From assembly GCA_963422205.2 (NCBI GenBank), contig CAXMWX010000009.1:192001-256000 (forward strand): a stretch of DNA of 64,000 bases. The letters are read 5' to 3'. Every line of letters begins with the position of its first letter. Positions within the stretch are counted from its first letter, which is position 1. The notes below the pieces were generated by a model. The model made no database searches. It was given only the letters and a program-made list of their open reading frames with translations, and was not told the origin of the DNA. This stretch comes from Gammaproteobacteria bacterium (GTDB lineage: Bacteria; Pseudomonadota; Gammaproteobacteria; Eutrophobiales; Eutrophobiaceae). Positions 9,809 to 23,160 of this stretch are shown here, in pieces. Position numbers and translations under genes: made by a program.

Positions 9809-10582
9809 ATGACAAAAATCATTGCGGTGGCAAATCAGAAGGGCGGGGTAGGCAAGACCACCACCAGCGTCAATCTGGCCGCCTCCATAGCGGCGACTCG
9901 GCGCACAACCCTGCTGATTGATCTGGACCCGCAGGGCAATGCCACGATGGGCAGCGGCGTGGATAAGGGCCGGGTTAAGTTAAGCAGTTATGATGTACTG
10001 ATGACGGAGAGGGGCCTGTCGGAGGCCGTGGTGGCCGCACCGGGGGGTGATTTTGATTTACTGCCGGGCAATGCCGACCTGACCGGCGCTGAGGTGGCCT
10101 TGCTGGAAGAGATAGCACGGGAGGTTCGCCTACGCAGGGCGATTGAGGCCATCAAAAACCCGTATGATTTTATCTTCATTGACTGCCCCCCCGCCTTGAA
10201 CATGCTGACAATCAACGCCCTGGTGGCTGCAGATGCGGTCATCATCCCCATGCAGTGTGAGTATTATGCCTTGGAAGGGTTGGCCGCATTGCAGCAGACG
10301 ATTAAAAAAATACGCCGGTTTCTGAATCCGCATCTGAAGGTGGAAGGGCTGTTACGCACCATGTATGACCCGCGCAATAACTTAGCTAACGAGGTTTCAG
10401 CCGAGTTGCTGGAGCGCTACGGTGACAAGGTCTATCGCACCATCATCCCGCGCAATGTGCGCCTGGCCGAGGCCCCCAGCTACGGCCTGCCGGTGATCAG
10501 ATACGATAAGAGCTCGCGCGGCGCCTTGGCCTATCTGGCACTGGCCGGCGAGATGCTCAACCGCGAGGAAAAGGCTGCCTGA
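9809..10582 (+). CDS. parA: chromosome partitioning ATPase
   Basis: NQKGGVGKTTT, DLDPQGNAT, IDCPP, QCEYYALEG, IPRNVRLAEAPS. Confidence 0.97.
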   Translation: MTKIIAVANQKGGVGKTTTSVNLAASIAATRRTTLLIDLDPQGNATMGSGVDKGRVKLSSYDVLMTERGLSEAVVAAPGGDFDLLPGNADLTGAEVALLEEIAREVRLRRAIEAIKNPYDFIFIDCPPALNMLTINALVAADAVIIPMQCEYYALEGLAALQQTIKKIRRFLNPHLKVEGLLRTMYDPRNNLANEVSAELLERYGDKVYRTIIPRNVRLAEAPSYGLPVIRYDKSSRGALAYLALAGEMLNREEKAA

Positions 10583-10628
10583 GGGCGCATCTCCTCACCA
10601 CACACAACCAACGATAGACTGATATCCT

Positions 10629-11513
10629 ATGGCGGCGAGAAAACGCGGCTTGGGTAAGGGCCTGGATGCCTTGTTAGGCCCGAACACGGCCACGGATTTT
10701 ACCAGCGTGGACGGGGCGGAGGAGTTGCGACATATTCCGGTCGATCTGCTCCAGCGCAGCACCTGCCAGCCCCGGACTGAGTTTGATAAAGACAGCTTGC
10801 AGGAATTGTCCGAATCCATCCGCCAGCAAGGCGTGGTGCAGCCGGTCATCGTGCGTCCGCTGGCAAACAGCGAGAAATTCGAAATTATTGCCGGCGAGCG
10901 GCGCTGGCGGGCAGCGCAAATGGCGGCCCTGCATGAAGTACCCGCCATCGTAAGGCAGATGGATGATCAGGCCTGCATGTGCCTCGCCCTGATTGAGAAT
11001 ATTCAGCGAGAGGACTTAAACCCCCTGGATACGGCCGCTGGCCTGGCCCGCCTGATTGATGAGTTTGCCATGACCCATGAGCAGGTGTCACAGGCTGTGG
11101 GGCGTTCCAGGGCAGCGGTGAGTAATCTGTTACGTCTGCTGGAATTGGCCTCGCCAGTAAAACAGCTGCTGCTGGCCGGCAAGCTGGATATGGGACATGC
11201 CCGTGCTTTGCTGAGCCTGCCCGCCGCCCGGCAGCTTGCCGCTGCCCGGCAGATTGTCCGCCAGGGGCTGACCGTCAGGGCCGCAGAAGCATTGGCTAAA
11301 GATCAGCAAGGGACTGAAGATAAAAAGAAAAAGAGGGCGCAAAAGAAAGACCCGGATATTCAAAGACTGGAAAACGCGCTGGCCGAACAGCTGGGTGCAG
11401 AAACCGCCATCAGGCACCAGAAAAACGGCAGGGGCGTGTTGCGGATTCGTTATAATTCAGTGCATGAACTGGACGGGATCCTGGCCCGGATGGGTAATAA
11501 ACTGCCCGAATAA
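10629..11513 (+). CDS. parB: chromosome partitioning protein
   Basis: RGLGKGL, QPR, IAGERRWRAA, LIENIQREDLNP, HTH SRAAVSNLLRLL. Confidence 0.97.
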   Translation: MAARKRGLGKGLDALLGPNTATDFTSVDGAEELRHIPVDLLQRSTCQPRTEFDKDSLQELSESIRQQGVVQPVIVRPLANSEKFEIIAGERRWRAAQMAALHEVPAIVRQMDDQACMCLALIENIQREDLNPLDTAAGLARLIDEFAMTHEQVSQAVGRSRAAVSNLLRLLELASPVKQLLLAGKLDMGHARALLSLPAARQLAAARQIVRQGLTVRAAEALAKDQQGTEDKKKKRAQKKDPDIQRLENALAEQLGAETAIRHQKNGRGVLRIRYNSVHELDGILARMGNKLPE

Positions 11514-11563
11514 ATTGACCAGAGACAGTGGTCAGGGCGCAGTCGTTTGTGCATTGCGGCATA

Positions 11564-11592
11564 TTGATTCAACCCGCATAAATCTTTATACT
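11564..11592 (+). promoter_or_regulatory. putative sigma70 promoter of the atp operon
   Basis: TTGATT-N17-TATACT upstream of atpI. Confidence 0.5.
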
Positions 11593-11730
11593 TGGACGCC
11601 AACGCATCATCTGCTGGCGGAATAAGGGAGGCAATGCAAGCCAAAAGCAGATAGCCCCGATAAGCGAATAGTCAAGCGACGGGTTGGAAAATCAGGCACA
11701 GAATATGCTTATAGATGATGCTGGCCGGGG

Positions 11731-13341
<1,611 letters not shown>

Positions 13342-13378
13342 CTGCCACCACAAGCCGCGACACCATGAGGTCACCAAC

Positions 13379-13849
13379 GTGAATTTTAATGCCACTTTGT
13401 TCGGGCAAACCATTGCGTTTGCCATCTTTGTCTGGTTCACCATGAAATACATCTGGCCGCTTTTGCTAAAGCAGATGCAGGACCGGGAAGCGCGCATTGC
13501 CGATGGCTTGGCAGCTGCTCAAAAAGGCCAGGAAATGCTGGCCGAGGCCGAGGCCAGGATGATCGAGCTGGTTGATGAGGGTAAGCAACAGGCGGCCAGC
13601 ATTGTTGCCCAGGGGCAAAGGCGGCATGATGAGTTGGTTGAGGAGGCCAAGCAGGATGCCAGCCGGGAGCGCGAGCAGATCCTCGCCGCCGCCAAGGCGG
13701 AAATTGAGCAGGAGAAGACGCAGGCCAGAGAGCAACTGCGTACCGAGGTCGTTGCCCTGGCGCTGGCCGGCGTCAAGCAGATCCTCCTGCGGGAAGTTGA
13801 CCGCAATGCCCATAACGATGTGCTGAACAGGATTAGCAGCGAGTTGTAG
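13379..13849 (+). CDS. atpF: F0F1 ATP synthase subunit b
   Basis: NATLFGQ.IAF..FVWF.MKY.WP, IADGLAAA, long helix. Confidence 0.97.
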   Translation: MNFNATLFGQTIAFAIFVWFTMKYIWPLLLKQMQDREARIADGLAAAQKGQEMLAEAEARMIELVDEGKQQAASIVAQGQRRHDELVEEAKQDASREREQILAAAKAEIEQEKTQAREQLRTEVVALALAGVKQILLREVDRNAHNDVLNRISSEL

Positions 13850-13864
13850 CGGGCGCCGGGAAAT

Positions 13865-14398
13865 ATGTCTGAAAAATCCACCCTCGCTCGCCCCTATGCA
13901 CAGGCGGTATTTGAATTATCGCAACAGACGGCAGCTGCCGGGCAATGGTCACAGAGCCTGGCCTTGCTGAATCGTATCGTGGCCGATGAGCAGATGTCTG
14001 CCCTGCTGAATAACCCGAAAGTGACCCGCCAGCAGATTCTCGATATCATCACAGAAATCGGCAGCGAGCATCTGGCGCCACAGGCAATCAACTTCGTCAA
14101 GGTACTGCTTGCCGCTGGCCGTTTGCAGTACCTGCCGGAAATTGTCAGCTTGTTTGAATCCATGCGTGCTGGTGCTGAGGGTAAGGCGGATGTGGAGATC
14201 ATTGCCGCCTATGCGTTGGATGCGGCCCAAAGGGATGCCATCGCCCGCCGCATCAGTCAGCGTCTGGGCAAGGAGGTCAGCATCACGACCAGCGTGGATA
14301 AATCCCTGATCGGCGGGGCGATCATCCGCACCGGCGATTCAGTGATTGATGCCTCTCTCAGCGGTCAGCTACAGAAACTGGGGCTTAGGCTTGCTTGA
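13865..14398 (+). CDS. atpH: F1 ATP synthase subunit delta
   Basis: TLARPYA.A.F and LIGG..IR.GD.VIDAS. Confidence 0.97.
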   Translation: MSEKSTLARPYAQAVFELSQQTAAAGQWSQSLALLNRIVADEQMSALLNNPKVTRQQILDIITEIGSEHLAPQAINFVKVLLAAGRLQYLPEIVSLFESMRAGAEGKADVEIIAAYALDAAQRDAIARRISQRLGKEVSITTSVDKSLIGGAIIRTGDSVIDASLSGQLQKLGLRLA

Positions 14399-14553
14399 AG
14401 GGAAAATAAATAAAAATTCTGCCATCGCCAGGGATGGAGTGCATACCAGGCAAGCCTCGGGAACGATGGCGGCCTTTCCTGTTTTGACAGCTCCTGGACG
14501 GACTGATGCAAAACATAAAATGACGTTTAATTTTGGTAAAGTGAGGAACAGCG

Positions 14554-16095
14554 ATGTCAATCAGCGCAACAGAAATCAGTGAACTTATCAAGAAAAAGAT
14601 TCAGGATTTCGACTTGGACACGGAAGCCCGCACCGAAGGCACGGTGGTCAGCCTGTCTGATGGTATTACCCGCATTCACGGCTTGAGCGATGCCATGCAG
14701 GGCGAGATGATCGAGTTTCCCGGCAACACCTATGGTCTTGCGCTGAACCTGGAGCGCGATTCCGTGGGCGCGGTCATCCTGGGTAACTATGAGCATATCA
14801 GTGAGGGGGATACCGCCAAGTGCACCAAGCGTATCCTTGAGGTGCCGGTAGGCGAGGCCATGCTGGGCCGGGTGGTGAATTCACTTGGCAGCCCGATCGA
14901 TGGCAAGGGCGACATCAACGCAACGCACTCCTCGCCGATAGAGAAGATCGCCCCCGGGGTGATTGCCAGGCAGTCAGTTGCACAGCCAGTGCAGACCGGG
15001 CTGAAATCGATTGACTCCATGGTGCCGATTGGTCGCGGTCAGCGTGAGTTGATCATCGGCGACCGGCAGACGGGCAAGACGGCGGTGGCGGTGGACACCA
15101 TCATCAGCCAGAAGGGCACCGGCATCAAGTGTATCTATGTGGCGATCGGCCAGAAGGCGTCTTCTATTAACGTGGTGATTCGCAAGCTGGAAGAGCACGG
15201 GGCGATGGAACACACGATCATTGTGGCCGCCACTGCCTCCGATTCAGCCGCCATGCAGTACATCGCACCTTACGCCGGCTGTGCCATGGGTGAATACTTC
15301 CGCGACCGTGGCGAGGATGCCTTGATCATCTACGATGACTTGACCAAGCAGGCCTGGGCCTATCGCCAGGTTTCCCTGCTGCTGAAACGCCCGCCGGGGC
15401 GTGAAGCCTATCCGGGCGATGTGTTTTATCTGCATTCCCGTCTGCTGGAGCGCGCTGCACGTATCAATGCGGACGAGGTTGAGAAGCTCACTGATGGTAA
15501 AGTGAAAGGCCAGACCGGCTCGCTCACCGCCCTGCCGATCATTGAAACCCAGGCCGGCGATGTGTCTGCTTTTGTGCCGACCAACGTGATCTCCATCACC
15601 GATGGCCAGATCTATCTGGAGACCGATCTGTTTAACTCCGGCTTTCGTCCGGCGATCAACGCCGGGCTATCGGTCTCTCGCGTGGGCGGGGCGGCGCAGA
15701 CCAGGATCATCAAAAAACTGGGGGGCGGGATTCGCCTCGCGCTGGCGCAGTATCGCGAGCTGGCCGCTTTTGCCCAGTTCGCCTCCGATCTGGACGAGGC
15801 CACCCGCAAGCAGCTGGAACGTGGGCAGCGCGTCATGGAATTGATGAAGCAAAAACAATACACGCCGCTGAGCATGGCCGCTATGGCGGTCAGCCTGTAT
15901 GCGGTTGAGCATGGTTTCCTGGACGATGTTGAACTAGAGAAAGTGGGCGACTTTGAAGCGGCACTACATGCCTATATGCATGGCGAGCAGAAAGACCTGA
16001 TCAGCAGGATCAATGAATCCGGCGATTATGATGATGACATTGAAGCGGCCTTGAAATCGTCTATTGAAGGTTTCATTAAAAACAGCACCTGGTAA
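14554..16095 (+). CDS. atpA: F1 ATP synthase subunit alpha
   Basis: [31 protein letters not shown]. Confidence 0.99.
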   Translation: MSISATEISELIKKKIQDFDLDTEARTEGTVVSLSDGITRIHGLSDAMQGEMIEFPGNTYGLALNLERDSVGAVILGNYEHISEGDTAKCTKRILEVPVGEAMLGRVVNSLGSPIDGKGDINATHSSPIEKIAPGVIARQSVAQPVQTGLKSIDSMVPIGRGQRELIIGDRQTGKTAVAVDTIISQKGTGIKCIYVAIGQKASSINVVIRKLEEHGAMEHTIIVAATASDSAAMQYIAPYAGCAMGEYFRDRGEDALIIYDDLTKQAWAYRQVSLLLKRPPGREAYPGDVFYLHSRLLERAARINADEVEKLTDGKVKGQTGSLTALPIIETQAGDVSAFVPTNVISITDGQIYLETDLFNSGFRPAINAGLSVSRVGGAAQTRIIKKLGGGIRLALAQYRELAAFAQFASDLDEATRKQLERGQRVMELMKQKQYTPLSMAAMAVSLYAVEHGFLDDVELEKVGDFEAALHAYMHGEQKDLISRINESGDYDDDIEAALKSSIEGFIKNSTW

Positions 16096-16101
16096 GGATA
16101 C

Positions 16102-16965
16102 ATGGCCGTCGGCAAAGAAATACGCACCAAGATCGCCAGCGTTAAAAATACGCAGAAGATCACCAAGGCGATGGAGATGGTGGCTGCCAGCAAGATGCGT
16201 AAGGCTCAAGATCGCATGCGCGCCGCCCAGCCCTATGCCGACAAGATCAGAAATGTGATGGCGCATCTGGGCGCCGCCCACCCGGAATACAAACATCCCT
16301 ACCTGCAACCTCGGTCAGAGGTGAAGCGGGTCGGTCTCATCGTCATCTCCACCGACCGGGGGTTATGCGGCGGTTTGAACAGCAATCTGTTTCGTGATCT
16401 GCTGAAGCGGATGCAAAACTGGGACAGTCAGGGAATAGAAATTGATCTGAGTATCATCGGCAACAAGGCGGTGGGGTTTTTCTCTCGCATTAAATCCAAC
16501 ATCGTTGCACAGAAGGCGCACATTGGCGATGAGCCAGGATTGGACATGCTGATCGGCACTGTCAAGATCATGCTGGATTCTTACACAGAAGAGAAGATTG
16601 ATGCGTTGTACATTGCCTCGAATCATTTTGTCAATTCCATGACGCAGTCACCCGTGGTGGAGCAGTTGGTGCCGATCCGGGCAACAGAAGATAAAGATCT
16701 GCGTCATCACTGGGATTATATCTATGAGCCGGATGCCAAAGAGGTGCTGGATCAGCTGCTGCAACGTTATGTCGAATCACTGGTGTATCAAAACGTCGTG
16801 GAGAACATAGCCTGTGAGCAGGCGGCCAGGATGGTGGCCATGAAGAGTGCTTCGGATAATGCCGGTACGCTCATCGATGAGTTGCAACTGGTCTATAACA
16901 AGGCGCGCCAGGCGGCGATTACCCAGGAGCTGTCGGAAATCGTTGGCGGGGCGGCAGCCGTTTAA
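16102..16965 (+). CDS. atpG: F1 ATP synthase subunit gamma
   Basis: [32 protein letters not shown]. Confidence 0.99.
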   Translation: MAVGKEIRTKIASVKNTQKITKAMEMVAASKMRKAQDRMRAAQPYADKIRNVMAHLGAAHPEYKHPYLQPRSEVKRVGLIVISTDRGLCGGLNSNLFRDLLKRMQNWDSQGIEIDLSIIGNKAVGFFSRIKSNIVAQKAHIGDEPGLDMLIGTVKIMLDSYTEEKIDALYIASNHFVNSMTQSPVVEQLVPIRATEDKDLRHHWDYIYEPDAKEVLDQLLQRYVESLVYQNVVENIACEQAARMVAMKSASDNAGTLIDELQLVYNKARQAAITQELSEIVGGAAAV

Positions 16966-16992
16966 TGAACATTTTATCGAGACGTCAACTGA

Positions 16993-18408
<1,416 letters not shown>

Positions 18409-18423
18409 GGCAGCGAGAGCACG

Positions 18424-18846
18424 ATGCCCACAATTCAGGTTGATATCGTCAGTGCCGAGCGTGAGATTTTCTCCGGTGAAGCGGCTATGGTGTTTGCACC
18501 GGCGGTGCTTGGTGAGATGGGGATCGCCCCTGGCCATACGCCCCTGGTCACCCGCTTGGCCCCCGGCGAAGTGCGCGTGAAACAGACCGATGGCAGCGAG
18601 GCCGGGTTTTATGTCTCCGGCGGTATGCTGGAAGTCCAGCCCAAGGTGGTGACCGTGCTTTCCGACACCGCCACGCGCGCCGAGGATCTCGACGAGGCGG
18701 CGGTGCTCAAGGCCAAGGCCGAGGCCGAGAGACAGCTGCATGATCGTGAGGCCAGCATCGATTTTGCCACCGCCCTGGCGGAGAATGCTGAACTGGCCGC
18801 CCAACTGCAAGCGATCCGGCGGTTAAAGAAACGCGCCGGACGTTAA
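18424..18846 (+). CDS. atpC: F1 ATP synthase subunit epsilon
   Basis: DIVSAE, GEMGIAPGHTP, VSGGMLEVQP. Confidence 0.98.
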   Translation: MPTIQVDIVSAEREIFSGEAAMVFAPAVLGEMGIAPGHTPLVTRLAPGEVRVKQTDGSEAGFYVSGGMLEVQPKVVTVLSDTATRAEDLDEAAVLKAKAEAERQLHDREASIDFATALAENAELAAQLQAIRRLKKRAGR

Positions 18847-18929
18847 CCAACCATCACCATCAGGTAAAACAGGGCTGACAAGGCGATCGCCATTGACGGC
18901 TGGTACATGCACGCCAGGGAGATCCCGCC

Positions 18930-20330
18930 ATGAGCCTTAGCATTGTTATCCTCGCTGCCGGTAAAGGCAGGCGCATGCACTCCCGTCTGCCCAAGGTATT
19001 GCACCAGCTTGCCGATAAACCCCTGCTGGAACATGTCATCAATGCCGCCTCAGGGCTGCCCCATAACGCCATCTACCTGGTTTATGGGCATGGTGGTGAG
19101 CAGCTAAGGGCGTGTTTCCCTCGTGCAGAGTTGGCTTGGGCAGAGTTGGTTTGGGTTGAGCAGGCCGAGCCGCTTGGCACCGGTCATGCCGTTGCCCAGG
19201 TGATCGATCGCCTTCCTGTTACCGATGATGTGTTGATCCTGTACGGCGATATTCCGTTGATAAGCCATAGAACACTGGCGCATCTGGTTGCCGCCGTGGC
19301 TGAGACCGGCATTGCCTTATTGGTCGCCAGACTGGCTGATGCCAGCGGCTACGGGCGCATCGTGCGGGATGCGGCGGGGGAGGTCGTTGGCATCATCGAG
19401 GAGCCAGATGCCAGTGCCGAGCAACGCCGCATCACTGAGGTAAACACCGGCATGATGGTGGTCAAAGCCAAGTGGCTGCGGCGCTGGCTGGCTGCCCTGG
19501 ATAATGCCAATGCACAGGCGGAGTATTACCTGACGGATGTTGTTGCGGCGGCGGTGGCCGAGAAAATCCTGATCACCACGGTGATGGCCGAAGATGAACA
19601 GGAGATAAAAGGCGTCAATGACAGGGCGCAATTAGCCGAGTTGGAGCGCCATTATCAACTGCGCCAAGCGCAGACGTTAATGCGACAGGGCGTCAGTCTG
19701 CGCGATCCGGCGCGCTTTGATTGCCGCGGCAGCTTGACCACTGGCAGTGATGTGATGATCGATATCAATGCCGTGTTTAGCGGTGAGGTTATCCTGGGCA
19801 GCCATGTGACCATTGAGCCAGGTTGCCAGATAAGCCATTCCACGATTGGCGATCACGTCACCATCAAGGCCAATACCCTGATTGAGGATGCGGTCATTGG
19901 CGATCACTGTACTGTCGGCCCGTTTGCCCGTATCCGACCACAAACGGTGCTGGCCGAACATGTCCGAGTCGGTAATTTTGTCGAGATTAAAAAATCCACC
20001 ATACAACGCAATACCCGGATTAACCACCTGTCCTATGTCGGCGATAGTGAGGTGGGCGAGGCTGTCAATATCGGTGCCGGGACGATTACCTGTAACTATG
20101 ACGGGCTCAACAAGCATAAAACCGTGATCGGCAAGCATGTATTTATCGGCTCCAATGCTGCGCTGATCGCACCGCTTGTCATCGGTGATCATGCCACGGT
20201 GGCTGCTGGCACCACGGTGACCGAAGATGTCAAGCCAAACAGTTTGGCGTTGAACCGGCTGGAGAGAAAAGTCGTGGAAGACTGGCGGCGGCCCGAGGGA
20301 AGAGAACAAGGCGAGAGTGAGAACAACTAG
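18930..20330 (+). CDS. glmU: bifunctional UDP-GlcNAc pyrophosphorylase/glucosamine-1-P acetyltransferase
   Basis: LAAGKG.RM, GTGHAV, GYGRIVR, EYYLTD, hexapeptide repeats, GAGTITCNYDG. Confidence 0.98.
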   Translation: MSLSIVILAAGKGRRMHSRLPKVLHQLADKPLLEHVINAASGLPHNAIYLVYGHGGEQLRACFPRAELAWAELVWVEQAEPLGTGHAVAQVIDRLPVTDDVLILYGDIPLISHRTLAHLVAAVAETGIALLVARLADASGYGRIVRDAAGEVVGIIEEPDASAEQRRITEVNTGMMVVKAKWLRRWLAALDNANAQAEYYLTDVVAAAVAEKILITTVMAEDEQEIKGVNDRAQLAELERHYQLRQAQTLMRQGVSLRDPARFDCRGSLTTGSDVMIDINAVFSGEVILGSHVTIEPGCQISHSTIGDHVTIKANTLIEDAVIGDHCTVGPFARIRPQTVLAEHVRVGNFVEIKKSTIQRNTRINHLSYVGDSEVGEAVNIGAGTITCNYDGLNKHKTVIGKHVFIGSNAALIAPLVIGDHATVAAGTTVTEDVKPNSLALNRLERKVVEDWRRPEGREQGESENN

Positions 20331-20810
20331 ATGACGCCTACCACCGCCGATTTATATGATGAGCACGAAGGCAAGGTGCAGGTGTTGTCGGTCTTGTTGC
20401 AGACCTATGGCAAAAAGCCCTGTTTCAGCGGTGCGGTGGCCACAGTCAAATGCCACGAAGACAACACGCAGGTCAAGGCCGCATTGGAAACCCCGGGCCT
20501 CGGCCGAGTCCTGGTGGTTGATGGCGGCGCCTCAATCCGCTGTGCCCTGATGGGGGATAAGCTGGCACGGATGGCCGTACAGCATGGTTGGCAGGGCATC
20601 ATCGTCAACGGCTGCATTCGGGATTCTGTGCTTGTCAACACCATCGATATCGGCATTAAGGCATTAGGCACCAATCCCAAAAAGAGCGTAAAAAAAGGGG
20701 CGGGCGATAAGGACATTCCGGTGCGGTTCGGTGATGTGGTTTTCACGCCGGGCGCCTGGTTGTATGCCGATGCAGACGGCGTTTTACTGTGCAATGAAAG
20801 ACTGTGCTAG
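20331..20810 (+). CDS. rraA: RraA/MenG family protein (HMG aldolase-like)
   Basis: TADLYD, HEDN, VLVVDGG, GCIRD, YADADG. Confidence 0.92.
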   Translation: MTPTTADLYDEHEGKVQVLSVLLQTYGKKPCFSGAVATVKCHEDNTQVKAALETPGLGRVLVVDGGASIRCALMGDKLARMAVQHGWQGIIVNGCIRDSVLVNTIDIGIKALGTNPKKSVKKGAGDKDIPVRFGDVVFTPGAWLYADADGVLLCNERLC

Positions 20811-20901
20811 TTTGTCACTTTTCTTATAATCAGCGTGCTAACATCCTTTGTCATTGAGTTGAGCCAAATGAGTCTTGTCGCCATCCGCCGCTATTGATGC
20901 C

Positions 20902-21288
20902 ATGTCAGCACCCGTTGTCTCTGAGCAGACCATTGAGCATCTCGTGCGCCACTTCTACGCCCGAATTCGCATGGACGATGAACTCGGCCCGATATTTGCG
21001 GAGGTGATCCCCGATGGTGACTGGGAGCCACACCTGCAAACCATGATGGCGTTCTGGTCTTCGCTCATGTTGCGGACAAATCGTTACCGGGGCAATCCGC
21101 TGGTCAAGCATCAGGCCCTGGCCGCTGTCCGGCCAGCCCACTTCGACCGCTGGCTTTTGCTGTTTGAAGAGAGCGCCTCTGCCGTCTTCCCACCGGATAC
21201 CGCGGCGATGTTCGTTGACCGCGCCCAACGGGTTGCCGACAGCCTGAAGCTCGCCATGTTCGGTGTGCCGGGTCTGCGCCCCGAATGA
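20902..21288 (+). CDS. group III truncated hemoglobin
   Basis: LV..FY..IR.D..LGPIF, WEPHL, FWSS, Y.GNP..KH, HFDRWL.LF; start ATG 20902 (or TTG 20875). Confidence 0.9.
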   Translation: MSAPVVSEQTIEHLVRHFYARIRMDDELGPIFAEVIPDGDWEPHLQTMMAFWSSLMLRTNRYRGNPLVKHQALAAVRPAHFDRWLLLFEESASAVFPPDTAAMFVDRAQRVADSLKLAMFGVPGLRPE

Positions 21289-21557
21289 AACATCTGCCAA
21301 GCGGCGTGACGGCATACCGCCGGACGCCGTCTTTTGATGAGACCTCGATTCCCGATGCGCTCACCAAGGACCACCAGACGAAGCCGGGGGTCTGGGCGGT
21401 GATCACCGTTGAGTCTGGCGAGCTTCGCTACGACATCACGGAATCGGGCGAGAGCCACGTGCTCTGCCCGGGCACCCCTGGAGTGATTGAACCTGCCGTG
21501 CTGCATCGAGTGATGCCGCTGGGCAAAACCACGTTCTTCGTGGAGTTCTACCGCTGA
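21285..21557 (+). CDS. DUF1971 / TehB-YeaR-like cupin protein
   Basis: Y.RTP.F.E..IP..L..DH.TK.GVW..I.V..G.L.Y and P..LH.V; ATGA overlap with the globin gene. Confidence 0.85.
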   Translation: MKHLPSGVTAYRRTPSFDETSIPDALTKDHQTKPGVWAVITVESGELRYDITESGESHVLCPGTPGVIEPAVLHRVMPLGKTTFFVEFYR

Positions 21558-21686
21558 GCGATAAGGTTGTTCCTAAGCCAATGTCAGTGTGGTCTCGTTG
21601 ATAATATTAAAAGGGGCATCCTGCATGATTGGCAGTTGAGATATTTTATCCGTCATGCTGATCTCAACTTGTTAAAATAGCCGCAA

Positions 21687-22418
21687 ATGGCCATCGATTA
21701 CTCCATCATCATCCCGGCTTATAATGAGCAGCCGTATCTGCCTGCAACGCTGGCCGCTATTGCCACCGCCAGGGCAACGATCACGCTGCAAGGCGAGGTC
21801 ATCGTTGTTGATAATAATTCGCATGATGATACTGCCCGGATTGCCAGGGCGGCGGGCGCTGAGGTGGTATTTGAACCAATCAATCAGATCTCCCGGGCAA
21901 GAAATGCCGGCGCACATCGGGCGAAAGGCAGGTATCTGATTTTCATTGATGCAGATACGCTGGTCAGCGCCGAGCTTATGCAAACAGCGCTGGATAATCT
22001 TGTGCAGAGAGAATGTGTCGGTGGCGGGGCTGTTGTGGCAGCGGACAAGCCCATGCCGCCTGCCATGAGGTGTCTATTGGCCGCCTGGAACTGGGCCGGC
22101 AAAACCTGCAAACTCGCCGCCGGTTGTTTCATCTATTGTCGGGCGGATGCCTTTCATGCCGTCAATGGGTTTAGTGAGCATGTCTATGCCAGTGAGGAGT
22201 TGTGGTTTTCCCGGGCGATCAAGCGCTGGGGCCGAGAACAGGCGATGGCTTTTATCATGTTGACAAACAACCCGGTGGTATCTTCAACACGAAAAGTCGA
22301 CTGGTATTCAAGCTGGAAGATCATGGGGTGGTTTGTGTTGCTTATCCTGCTGCCCGTTGCAGTACGCTTCCGATGCCTTTGCTCGCCCTGGTATGAGCGC
22401 CCTGTCATTGATGAGTAA
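21687..22418 (+). CDS. family 2 glycosyltransferase
   Basis: SIIIPAYNE, VIVVDNNS.D, ARNAGA, FIDAD. Confidence 0.92.
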   Translation: MAIDYSIIIPAYNEQPYLPATLAAIATARATITLQGEVIVVDNNSHDDTARIARAAGAEVVFEPINQISRARNAGAHRAKGRYLIFIDADTLVSAELMQTALDNLVQRECVGGGAVVAADKPMPPAMRCLLAAWNWAGKTCKLAAGCFIYCRADAFHAVNGFSEHVYASEELWFSRAIKRWGREQAMAFIMLTNNPVVSSTRKVDWYSSWKIMGWFVLLILLPVAVRFRCLCSPWYERPVIDE

Positions 22419-22491
22419 CATATGCAATATTCGGCTCGCCAATCATCCGCGCTAAAGCTAATATAGGGCGTATTTTCACCGACTGCCATTG

Positions 22492-23160
22492 ATGAGATTC
22501 CATACCATGAATTTCCATAAAATCGCTAAGGCCATCGGCTGCATGCAGCAGCAATACAGTCGCCTTCGGGACTGGCTGCCATTGCCGCCCATGTGTGATC
22601 ATGCTGTTACGATCGAGTCGATGACGCCGGAGACATACCGGCGTGACGGCCAAAACCTGCATATAGCCTATGGCATTCATGACACGCTGTTTGGCAAGGT
22701 ATTGCTCGCCCAGACCGGCAAAAAAATCTGCTGGCTGTCATTTTTGGATTCGCCGGATAAAGGCAAGGCGCCGGATGAGTTGCACCAATGGTGGTCGCTG
22801 TCAGAACGTGTTGCCGATCACACTGCAACGGCAAACACGGTGAAGAGAATTTTCTCCCATCAACCGAAAAAGTTTACCTTACTGGTGCAAGGCAAAGATT
22901 CGCAGATCAGGGTCTGGAATGCGCTGATTAAAATTCCCCACGGCCAGACGACAACCTACGGAGATGTTGCCAAATCCATAGGCCAGCCTGGCAGCGCTCA
23001 GGCGGTTGGTGGCGCCCTCTCTGGAAACAACATCGCTTGCCTCATCCCCTGCCATCGGGTGATAAAAAGCACGGGCGAGCCTGGCGGTTATCGCTGGGGG
23101 CTGGATAGAAAGCTGGCCCTGTTGGCCGCCGAGGCACTACAGCCGGCCGGCACGTCATGA
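22492..23160 (+). CDS. ogt: methylated-DNA--protein-cysteine S-methyltransferase (Ada/Ogt-like, N-terminal regulator domain shortened)
   Basis: VWNALIKIP.G.TTTYG..A, AVG.A, IPCHRV active site, GGYRWG. Confidence 0.88.
   Translation: MRFHTMNFHKIAKAIGCMQQQYSRLRDWLPLPPMCDHAVTIESMTPETYRRDGQNLHIAYGIHDTLFGKVLLAQTGKKICWLSFLDSPDKGKAPDELHQWWSLSERVADHTATANTVKRIFSHQPKKFTLLVQGKDSQIRVWNALIKIPHGQTTTYGDVAKSIGQPGSAQAVGGALSGNNIACLIPCHRVIKSTGEPGGYRWGLDRKLALLAAEALQPAGTS

Noticed and set aside
8726-11730. oriC or parS site near parAB
   Set aside because: No DnaA-box cluster or TGTTTCACGTGAAACA-like palindrome was found by eye.
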